Assembly (NCBI GenBank): GCA_965263035.1
Contig: OZ253580.1
Span: forward strand, 3,648,001-3,712,000
Length of the DNA: 64,000 nt
Direction of reading: 5' to 3'
Origin: Acidobacteriota bacterium
GTDB lineage: Bacteria; Acidobacteriota; UBA6911; RPQK01; JAJDTT01
Made by a program: the position numbers and the translations under genes. Shown here one piece after another: positions 37,788 through 45,939 of the stretch. Numbering within the stretch: the stretch's first letter is position 1; each line of letters begins with the position of its first letter. The notes beneath the pieces were generated by a model, which saw only the letters and a program-made list of their open reading frames with translations, had not been told where the DNA came from and made no database searches.

Positions 37788-40700
37788 TTGAATACTGTCG
37801 AAGGCCAAACCTTCTGCCGGGAGGAACCATTCCGGATGTCAGTACACACCCTAAAGATCGAACATCCTCGCCGATTGCGATCCACGACCTCGATGCTAAC
37901 CGTAACTTTGGGCTTGATTCTGCTGGCCGTACCGGAGAAAGCCATGGCTCAGATCGTCCCCGTCTGCGACCGGACCCCGGAAGTACGCGACGGCATCGTG
38001 GGGAAGATTCCGGACGTTTCCGATTGCGGTGATGTGACAGAGGCACATCTGGCTGTGATCAAAGGCTTCCTCGATCTGGCAGGTCCGCACAAGTTTTGGG
38101 GTCTTCCCAGCGGCCTCGAGAGCCCCATTCCAGAGTTGAAATCGGGGGATTTTTCCGGACTATCTTCGTTGGAAGGACTCCGGTTGCAGTACAATGACCT
38201 GACGACTCTACCGCCAGGCCTCTTCGACGGGCTGTCCTCCCTGAAGACGCTCGGGCTGAGCCGCAATCTACTGACGAACCTGCCGGCCGGAATTTTTTCC
38301 GGGCTCACTGGGCTGGAGACACTTACTCTGCCCCTTCATTACAACGACCGTCTCCCCCTGTCCGGTGACCTTTTCTCCGGGCTCACTGGGCTGGATACTC
38401 TCTGGTTGTCCTTGGTCGGGTACAACGACCTGATCCCTCTGCCCGATGAGATCTTCTCCAGACTCACCGCGCTACAATCGCTCACTCTGCACGTCGCGGA
38501 TCGGAGCACTCTGCCCGATGACCTCTTCTCCCAATTGTCCACACTAAAAAGGCTCTATCTGGGTTACAACGACCTGACCACACTGCCGGACGGGGTCTTC
38601 GCCGGGCTGTCCTCGCTGGAGGAGCTCAACCTTTTAGACAACGACCTGGCTACACTGCCGGACGGGATCTTTGCGGGGCTGTCCTCGCTGGAGGAACTCA
38701 ACCTTTTAGACAACGCCCTGACCACACTGCCGGACGGGATCTTTGCCGGGCTGTCCTCGCTGGAGGGGCTCGATCTGAGTGGTAACGACCTGACCACACT
38801 GCCGGACGGGATCTTTGCCGGGCTGTCCTCGCTGGAAACGCTCTCGCTGCATGGCAACGCCCTGACCACACTGCCGGACGGGATCTTTGCCGGGCTGTCC
38901 TCGCTGGAAACGCTCTATCTGCGGGGCAACGACCTGACCACACTGCCGGACGGGATCTTTGCCGGGCTGTCCTCGCTGGAGAGGCTCTCGCTGTCTCGAA
39001 ACCGGCGCCCACTGACCACGATGATTTCGCTGGAATTCGCCGGGGAAGGCCGGTTCAGAGCCCGGTCGCACACGGGAGCGCTCTTCGATATCGTGCTTCC
39101 GATCACCATTGTAAACGGCGTCATCGACGGAGGTTCAAGCCAAATCACCATTCCCAGGGGCAGCGTGGAAAGCGCCACATTCACAGTCTCCCGGGATCCT
39201 GGCACGGCCTCTGCCGTCTTCGTGGACATCGGCGAGTTGCCGGGGCTGCCGAACTCCATTTCTACGGACCTCACTCTGGTCAAGTCCCCCAACCTGCCCC
39301 TGACGGTTCTGGAGGCGCCAAGTCTGCACTTCGCCCATTTCGCCAATGGGGAATCCATCACCTCCGAGTTGGTGTTGGTGAACGTGGGCGCCGAACCGAT
39401 CCGTCCGGTCGTCCACTTTCTGGATCGCGGGGGGAATCTCCTGTCCGGCGGATGGCTGGTGGAGATGAGGGAAGGCCTGGAGGTTCAAGAGGACGGCTCG
39501 GTGAGTGTTCAGATGGGCGTGGAACCCTTGGGAGAGATCACGATCTCGACCCACTCTCGAAGGGTGATGGTGTCCGGATCGGTGCGCGTGGAGTCCGACG
39601 GTCCCATCGGCGGGGTCCTCCGCTATGTCGATCCGGGCATCGGCGTTGCCGGGGTGGGAGCGAGTCCACGCGTCCGGGACGCCATCTTCCCGGCTCGAAA
39701 CCAGGCGGGCGGGATCCGCTCAGCGGTCGCGGTCCGCAACCGAGGAGTGGAGTGGATGAGGGTGCAGTGCCAATTGATGCAAGCGGGCGCCGTGCTGGAA
39801 GAGACGAAGATTTCTCTGAAAGGCGACGGGCAGGAGGCCCGGTTTCTCGACGAGTTGTTCCCCGAAACCGACACCTCCGACTTCCTTGGATCGGTGCGCT
39901 GTACTGCCCCGCGCGGCAAGCTTTTTACGGGAGTGGCGGTGGAGATGGATACCGGGAATGGAATCTTCACGACCCTGCCGATGATTCCGGTGGAACCTGC
40001 GGCAGCCGGCGGCGAGGACGGGACGCTGGACTTCGCGCATTTCGGAAACGGGTCGTCCGTTCGATCCGAGTTGGTGTTGGTGAACGTGGGTGCCGAACCG
40101 ATGCGACCAGCCGTCTACTTTTACGATCAGGACGGCTCCGTCATTGCTGCAGAATCGGTAGTGGACGTGGTGGAAGATCTGGAGGTCCGAGAGGACGGGG
40201 CTTTGAGTGTTCGGACGGAAATGGCGGTGCTGAGCGAGCTTACGATCTCGACCCACGGGCGAGGGGAGTTGATGACGGGATCGGTGCGCGTGGTCTCCGA
40301 CGGTCCCATGGGCGGGGTCCTGCGCTTTGACGTCCCAAGCGTGGGGGTGGCCGGGATAGGCGCCTGCCCGCCCGTCACGGCCGCGATGTTCCTGGCCCGG
40401 CGGCAGGAGAACGGGATCAACACCGGAGCTGCGGTCCGAAACCTCGAGTCGGAAGCGATGACGTTGACCTGCGCACTGATGCAGAATGGCCGCATGCTGG
40501 CTGAGACGGAGATCGATCTGAAGGCCGGCGGCCAAGTTGCCCGTTTCATCGACGAGCTCTTCAAGGAGGCCAATACCTCCGACTTCATCGGCTCGGTCCA
40601 CTGCACCGCGCCCCCGGGCGGATCCTTCACGGGAGTGGCTCTGGAGATGGATGCTGACAACCGGATCTTCACCACGCTGCCCATGGTCCCGGTTCCTTGA
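37788..40700 (+). CDS. Secreted leucine-rich repeat protein with duplicated C-terminal domain (start may be 37893)
   Basis: 24-aa LRRs (NDLTTLPDGIFAGLSSLExLxL); two copies of a roughly 230-aa FAHFxNG...FTTLPMxPV domain. Confidence 0.92.
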   Translation: MNTVEGQTFCREEPFRMSVHTLKIEHPRRLRSTTSMLTVTLGLILLAVPEKAMAQIVPVCDRTPEVRDGIVGKIPDVSDCGDVTEAHLAVIKGFLDLAGPHKFWGLPSGLESPIPELKSGDFSGLSSLEGLRLQYNDLTTLPPGLFDGLSSLKTLGLSRNLLTNLPAGIFSGLTGLETLTLPLHYNDRLPLSGDLFSGLTGLDTLWLSLVGYNDLIPLPDEIFSRLTALQSLTLHVADRSTLPDDLFSQLSTLKRLYLGYNDLTTLPDGVFAGLSSLEELNLLDNDLATLPDGIFAGLSSLEELNLLDNALTTLPDGIFAGLSSLEGLDLSGNDLTTLPDGIFAGLSSLETLSLHGNALTTLPDGIFAGLSSLETLYLRGNDLTTLPDGIFAGLSSLERLSLSRNRRPLTTMISLEFAGEGRFRARSHTGALFDIVLPITIVNGVIDGGSSQITIPRGSVESATFTVSRDPGTASAVFVDIGELPGLPNSISTDLTLVKSPNLPLTVLEAPSLHFAHFANGESITSELVLVNVGAEPIRPVVHFLDRGGNLLSGGWLVEMREGLEVQEDGSVSVQMGVEPLGEITISTHSRRVMVSGSVRVESDGPIGGVLRYVDPGIGVAGVGASPRVRDAIFPARNQAGGIRSAVAVRNRGVEWMRVQCQLMQAGAVLEETKISLKGDGQEARFLDELFPETDTSDFLGSVRCTAPRGKLFTGVAVEMDTGNGIFTTLPMIPVEPAAAGGEDGTLDFAHFGNGSSVRSELVLVNVGAEPMRPAVYFYDQDGSVIAAESVVDVVEDLEVREDGALSVRTEMAVLSELTISTHGRGELMTGSVRVVSDGPMGGVLRFDVPSVGVAGIGACPPVTAAMFLARRQENGINTGAAVRNLESEAMTLTCALMQNGRMLAETEIDLKAGGQVARFIDELFKEANTSDFIGSVHCTAPPGGSFTGVALEMDADNRIFTTLPMVPVP
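38574..39000 (+). repeat. Six near-identical 72-bp tandem LRR-coding repeats
   Basis: CTG(A/G)C(C/T)ACACTGCCGGACGGG(A/G)TCTT...GGGCTGTCCTCGCTGGA at 38574, 38646, 38718, 38790, 38862, 38934. Confidence 0.92.
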
Positions 40701-40917
40701 TCACCTGTCAGAGATAGCTTGGGAAACGAGTCCTGCTTCGGAACCTACTCCGGTGACCGGAAGCGGCGATCTCCACAAAAACAGGCAGGAACTAATCTTG
40801 AATTCTCTATAGGAGCAGGGTCTCTGCCCTTACTCTTGGGGGGCCAGGATCAGCCTCGAACTGCCCGGAAACAAGGGTCAGAAGAAGAGGGTCAGGCCCC
40901 TCCAGGAGGTCTCAGAG

Positions 40918-40940
40918 TACGATAATTGCACTTTATCGTA
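40918..40940. other. Candidate recombination site A1
   Basis: TACGATAA-TTGCACT-TTATCGTA perfect dyad, identical at 42990 and 44722. Confidence 0.8.
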
Positions 40941-41079
40941 CCCTAATCGACCCTCTTGCTACGCGTCTCGGGGCTGGATGCTTGGGTGATCGACTCACCC
41001 TTAGATGCCGTAGCGTTGCCGCTCCGGCTACTTGTAACCGACTACTACCGATCGCATGAACGCATGATATTGTAAGTAG

Positions 41080-42516
41080 TTGGAGGACATTGGATCCGTG
41101 TTTGGTGTGGAATTTCGGCGTTGGGTCTTGATTCTATCTGCTACGGCCTTGTGTGTTGCCGTCGTTTCATGCGAAGGCGAGACGGTATCGAAGGGAGACA
41201 AGAAGCAGTTCCTTAAAGAAGTCGACCTGCTCGAAGATCCTTCAGAGAAGAGGGCCGAACTCGAAGCGTACATCACTCGAAATCCAGACGGACCTCAACT
41301 GTCATTCGCATATGGCCTGTTGCTGGACCTACTGAGAACAGAGCACCCTCAGGACGCTCTCAGATTGGCAGACAGAATACTGACCGAGCAGAAGACAGAC
41401 ACCGAACTTCACTACTACGCCTACCTCACAAAGTTCACGGTGTATGAAGATCTCGGTGACCGGGACGCCGCCGCAGCATTGGCCCGCCGAGTCCTCACCT
41501 CTGAAAGCGATCCGAACCTCCTCCGTCTCGCCAGGCCTCATGATCCCGAGAAGGCGGAAGAGTACGAGGCTCGGATTCAAAGCTCGCATATCAATTCTCA
41601 AGAGATCGAAGCCATCGGCTGGGAGTCGCGGTTGTACGACTTAAGCCCCAGTGACTTGAAAAAAATGTCAGATGAAGACAGAGCCCGCCGTTTGACTCAG
41701 CAGATCCGGCGCTACGAAGCACTTCCGGAGAGCGACCGCGCCCTCACCAACAAATTTCCTGCTCTTTACTTCGAGATCGCTCGCCTATTGGCCCGTTTGG
41801 GAGACGGTGAATCGGCCCTATCTTATCTTGAGCGAGTCGAGGAAGTGCCGGGATCAGACTGGCATCTCGCCAGCAGCCGTGGCGAAGTCTACGTAAAAAT
41901 GGGAAAATCCTTACTAGCCATAGAAGCCCTTACTGAGGCACTCGCTTTGACTATGGCTCCGTGGCTTTGGCAACGGATTCAGGAGACATGCGAGTCCGTG
42001 GGGGAATCTCCGGAGAAATGGCTGGCGCGAAGCCGACAAATTCGCGCCGAACGACGCTGGGTTTTCCCCAATCTGAACCTTGAGACGCCTGACACCGAGA
42101 AATGGAATCTGCATGACTTCCTGGGTAGTGCTGGTAGTGTCGTCGTTTTCTTTTCGCCCGGCTGAGGTCCATGCATTGCGGAGTTGCCGCATTTGCAACG
42201 TTTCCATGATCGCTACGCGGACTCGGGACTCCGGGTAGTACTCCTCGAATACGGCGGTTGGACACATCAGCAGATCGAGTCTTGGCTCGACAAGCAGAGG
42301 GGTAGTCTTCCCGTCCTCCTCGGGGCTGATCGAGAACGGCTTGAAAAGAAATACAATATTCGAGTCACTCCGACCAAGTTCATCCTCGACGAAAACGGGC
42401 GAGTTCTGTTCCGTCAAATAGGATATGGCCCAGGTGTCGAGAAGACTCTGGAAGCGCAGATTCGAGAAGCGCTAGGCATGAACCCTTTTCTGGCCGAGAC
42501 AGTGAGCGCACCTTGA
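41080..42516 (+). CDS. TPR-like lipoprotein fused to a TlpA/thioredoxin-like domain with in-frame UGA (probable selenocysteine, UxxC)
   Basis: Lipobox-like VVSC; helical repeats; VFFSPG-TGA(42163-42165)-GPC-IAELPHLQ continues in frame to TPTKFILDENGRV. Confidence 0.8.
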
Positions 42517-42580
42517 GCAAGCCCGTAGTTCAATTCGGGCCACGCCTCCTCAATCTTCTTTAACTCCCGTCGGAACACAA
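42500..42580 (-). pseudogene. Remnant of a plasmid RepA-like C-terminus
   Basis: FRRELKKIEEAWPELNYGLAQGAL parallels the remnant at 49260-49340 (CLREPKEIKEA*PEQHYGIARGVL); family assignment from memory. Confidence 0.45.
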
Positions 42581-42861
42581 TGCCAATGTTCCCTGGGCCA
42601 GCGCGGGTCCTGGATCCAAGCGGCCAAGAAGCTTTTCGACGATGCACAGACCAGTGGCAGCCATCTACGTTTTCCGATTCGCCCCACGACTGGAACCGAC
42701 CGGGACCGCGTGATCTACGACGCGGTTCAGCAGGTGTGCAGACTCGCCAACAGGCTTCGGACGGCGTTCCCAGACGCATAGCGATTAGCTCAGCGAGTGA
42801 ACGATATTGTGGGCCTTGCGGCAGCTGGAAGCAGTAAATCGTTGTGATCGGGTGGGCCACT

Positions 42862-42884
42862 GCCGTTAACTGAAATTAACAGAC
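42862..42884. other. Candidate recombination site B2
   Basis: GCCGTTAA-CTGAAA-TTAACAGAC. Confidence 0.7.
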
Positions 42885-42989
42885 GTTCTCTGGAAAAAGG
42901 GAGGATCACGGGGGGTGCGAATCAGCCCCAAGCCTCCCGGAAACACGGACCAGGAAAAGACCACCAAGCCCCTCCAAGAGGGTTCAGGA

Positions 42990-43012
42990 TACGATAATTG
43001 CACTTTATCGTA
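42990..43012. other. Candidate recombination site A2
   Basis: TACGATAATTGCACTTTATCGTA. Confidence 0.8.
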
Positions 43013-43190
43013 ATCTAATCCACGGCCCTGACTCCCCTATTCTCCGCCGGACGAGGCGCTCGATCTCCTCTTTTTTTAACCCGGTGAGCCCATCCGGGCA
43101 CCAAAATCACATTCCTTGATGCCGTACCTCCTGCCCTCTGTGAGGATGGTCTACGGGGGGCAGGGGACCAAGGTAGAAGGAGGTGCCGTG

Positions 43191-43694
43191 ATGACAACAA
43201 CGATGAAATCGAGCCGGACTCAAGTTTTTGTTTTGCTCCTGGCAGGACTACTCGCACAACCGGTGACGGCGGGGGTGATTCCAGGGCGCTGGGAGAAGGT
43301 CTCGACCTTGGAAATGACGTCGCCCATCACGGCGGAACTGAAAAACGGGGATCGGATCCGGGGCCAGTTCCGACGGCTGTCGCCATCAGCCCTGGAACTC
43401 CGGAGCCGCGCCGGTTGGGCAGTGATCCCAAAATCGGACATCCGGACGATTACCACTCCCTCAAAGGATGGTCTGGGCAACGGAGCCGGCATTGGCGCAG
43501 CGATTGGGGCTGGACTTGCACTCGGGGCCTTCGGCTTAGCAGTTCGTACTCGAGGTGGGTTGGATGGTGATACTTGGCCCTTTTTGATGATTGGAGGCAT
43601 CGGAGCCAGCATCGGAGCCGGCATTGGCGCAGCTGCCGATGCTGCCATGAAGGGCGAGCCCATCGTGGTCTACAAAGCGCCCGGAACTCCTTAG
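43191..43694 (+). CDS. Secreted/membrane glycine-zipper protein, paralog 1
   Basis: RBS AGAAGGAGG; signal peptide; VIPGRWEKVS...IPKSDIRTI; GAGIGAAIGAG glycine zippers. Confidence 0.8.
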   Translation: MTTTMKSSRTQVFVLLLAGLLAQPVTAGVIPGRWEKVSTLEMTSPITAELKNGDRIRGQFRRLSPSALELRSRAGWAVIPKSDIRTITTPSKDGLGNGAGIGAAIGAGLALGAFGLAVRTRGGLDGDTWPFLMIGGIGASIGAGIGAAADAAMKGEPIVVYKAPGTP

Positions 43695-43734
43695 AGTCCC
43701 AAGCACAGAGATCCGAAAGGGAGGCGACGATAGG

Positions 43735-43758
43735 GTCCGTTAACTGAAATTAACGGCC
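43735..43758. other. Candidate recombination site B3
   Basis: GTCCGTTAA-CTGAAA-TTAACGGCC. Confidence 0.72.
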
Positions 43759-43972
43759 TTCTCCCTTCTGCCCCACCCGATCCAGGATTCCAGACGCCGT
43801 GAATTCCCGGTCTCGGTGAGCCCATTTCGACGAAAAAATCACATTTGTTGATGTGTACCTCCTGCCCTTGGTGGGGACGACCCACGGGGGGCAGAAGAGC
43901 AATGGTTCGACGGTGACCGTGAGCGTCTCCGGCGACCAGCAGTGTTTCTTCAGGAAAGAAGGAGGTGCGAAG

Positions 43973-44566
43973 GTGATAACCCCAAAGATGAAATCCTGCC
44001 GAACCCAAATCCTCTCCTTGATCCTGGGGGGACTGATCGCACAGCCGGCGCAAGCGGAGGTGATCCCCGGACGGTGGGAGAAGGTCTCCGCCTTGGAAAT
44101 GGCGTCGCCCATCGTGGTGGAACTGAATGCCGGGGATCGAATCAAGGGCCAGTTCCGAGGCCTGTCGGCATCAGATCTGGATCTCCTGAGCCCCTCTGGT
44201 TGGGCAGTGATACCGAAATCGGACATCCGAACGATTACATCTCCTTCGAAGGACGGCCTAGGCGACGGAGCCAAGATTGGAGCCGGGATAGGGGCCGGGA
44301 TTGTAGTCGGAGCCGTTGGCATAGCTGCCATGGCCCAAAATAAGGGGGATGCTGCCAGTGCGCCAATGCTAATGTTGATACTTGGAGGCGGTGCAGCAGG
44401 CATAGGAGCGGGACTGGGTATGATTGCCGACGCCGTAATAAAGACCGAGGACATCGTGTTGTACATAGCGCCCGGAACTCCTCGCCGGTCCAAGCACAAA
44501 GATTCGGAGTGGTGGCCCCCAGATCCGCCGGCGGCCGAGACGGAGGAACCCCAAAATTCACAATGA
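43973..44566 (+). CDS. Secreted/membrane glycine-zipper protein, paralog 2
   Basis: RBS AGAAGGAGG; clear paralog of 43191-43694 with a C-terminal extension. Confidence 0.8.
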   Translation: MITPKMKSCRTQILSLILGGLIAQPAQAEVIPGRWEKVSALEMASPIVVELNAGDRIKGQFRGLSASDLDLLSPSGWAVIPKSDIRTITSPSKDGLGDGAKIGAGIGAGIVVGAVGIAAMAQNKGDAASAPMLMLILGGGAAGIGAGLGMIADAVIKTEDIVLYIAPGTPRRSKHKDSEWWPPDPPAAETEEPQNSQ

Positions 44567-44721
44567 CTGGGACGGGCGTTCTCCAACTGGTAGGAATCTA
44601 ATCCTAGATTCCCTATAGCAGCGGGTTTCCTCCCCTTCTCTCGGAGGGCGTGGGTTAGCCTCAAGCCACCTGGAAACACGGTCCGGAAAAAAGGACCAGA
44701 CTCTTCCAAGAGGACTCAGGG

Positions 44722-44744
44722 TACGATAATTGCACTTTATCGTA
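44722..44744. other. Candidate recombination site A3
   Basis: GGG-TACGATAATTGCACTTTATCGTA-CCC extended dyad. Confidence 0.8.
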
Positions 44745-44910
44745 CCCGTGCCGGGCGCCGAATCCGCACAGCCAACGAGAAGTGTACGCCCCTCGGAGAG
44801 AAGGGGAAGGAGGGCCCATCACCGCACCCTCTCCCCCTCACCAAAGTCTGATTTGACCGTCCCTTTTCTCGGGTAGTTCTCGCTACTGCTCAGGATGGGA
44901 CTGCCTAAAC

Positions 44911-44931
44911 TAGCCCACTGGGGTATATAAT
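44911..44931 (+). promoter_or_regulatory. Probable TA operator palindrome abutting the -10 box
   Basis: TAGCCCA-C-TGGGGTA followed by TATAAT (44926-44931), 8 bp before the toxin ATG. Confidence 0.55.
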
Positions 44932-44939
44932 GTCGTTCG

Positions 44940-45277
44940 ATGCAAACAGTGGCCGAGACCCCGACATTCTCCCGTCAGGCCGAAAAGCTGTTCAGTGAGG
45001 ATGAGAAAATGAGCTAATCAACTTCCTCGCGGAGAATCCGCTGGCAGCTGATGAAATTCCGAGTACGGGCGGTGTCCGAAAGCTACGCTTCGCAGCCTCC
45101 GGCCGGGGCAAGCGAGGCGGGGCTCGAGTGATCTACTACTACTTGGACGAAGCGAGTCCGGTTTACGCGCTGCTTGCCTATGCGAAGAGTTCGAAAACTG
45201 ACATGACACCGAAAGAAAGGCGCACGGTTTCAAAACTCGTAGTCGCACTCAAGGCGGCCCGAAAGGGGATGAAATGA
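44940..45277 (+). pseudogene. higB: RelE/HigB-family toxin, frameshifted
   Basis: MQTVAETPTFSRQAEKL, then a 1-bp loss near 45008, then LINFLAENP...TGGVRKLRF...GKRGGARVIYY...AYAK. Confidence 0.85.
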
Positions 45278-45564
45278 GCACATTTGGAGACGACCTGATC
45301 CAGTCACTCAAAGAAGCCCTCGCTCACGCAAAGGGAGATGGCTACGCTATCCTCCATGCTCCCGTAACTCCACGCGAGGTTCGGGAACAGGCGAAGCTCA
45401 CACAGGCGCAGATGGCGCCATTGATGGGCATGAGCCTTTCCGGCTACCGGAAATGGGAACAGGGAACGCGCCAGATTAGCGGCCCGGCTGCAACTCTTCT
45501 GCGTGTGATCGCAAAGGAACCAGAGGCCGTCAAGCGCGCATTGCTGTCTTCGGGGCAAGTATAA
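45274..45564 (+). CDS. higA: HigA-like HTH antitoxin
   Basis: ATGA overlap with the toxin; LTQAQMAPLMG..YRKWEQG.R.SGPAATLL. Confidence 0.88.
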   Translation: MSTFGDDLIQSLKEALAHAKGDGYAILHAPVTPREVREQAKLTQAQMAPLMGMSLSGYRKWEQGTRQISGPAATLLRVIAKEPEAVKRALLSSGQV

Positions 45565-45939
45565 GCATAGTAGTAGAGAGGACCCTCCTCTTGCAGCGCA
45601 TGCTTAGAAAGTGCCGGAGTCACGCAATAGGAAAGACACAATGGCCTTTGTATTGCACGGGTCTTTCGCGCCCGGGATCCGCACCAAGTCGGCAAGCCGA
45701 TCAAATCACCCTCCCGGTCGGCTGTTGAGAACCTGGGAATCCTCTAGGAGGCTGTCCGAGAATTCGACATTGAGTGACCTTCACCCGTAGCCATGCTCAG
45801 GGGCAATGGCCCAAGGCTCCGAAGACCCTCGAAGCCTGGCCTCCGGAGCCGAAGGAATCGATGGGCTACTCTATTTACGACTCGGAAAGAGGCTACAGCG
45901 GCCGATTTTTGACTTCATCCGCCCTTATCCGCCCCTTTT

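Noticed and set aside
38574-39000. 72-bp periodic repeat as CRISPR
   Set aside because: Period is exactly 24 codons, in frame within an LRR protein
36172-44744. A/B palindromes as a CRISPR array or classical integron attC sites
   Set aside because: Spacing is 0.1-3.4 kb with whole genes in between, there are no cas genes, and the sites are short dyads without the long attC stem and RYYYAAC/GTTRRRY box arrangement
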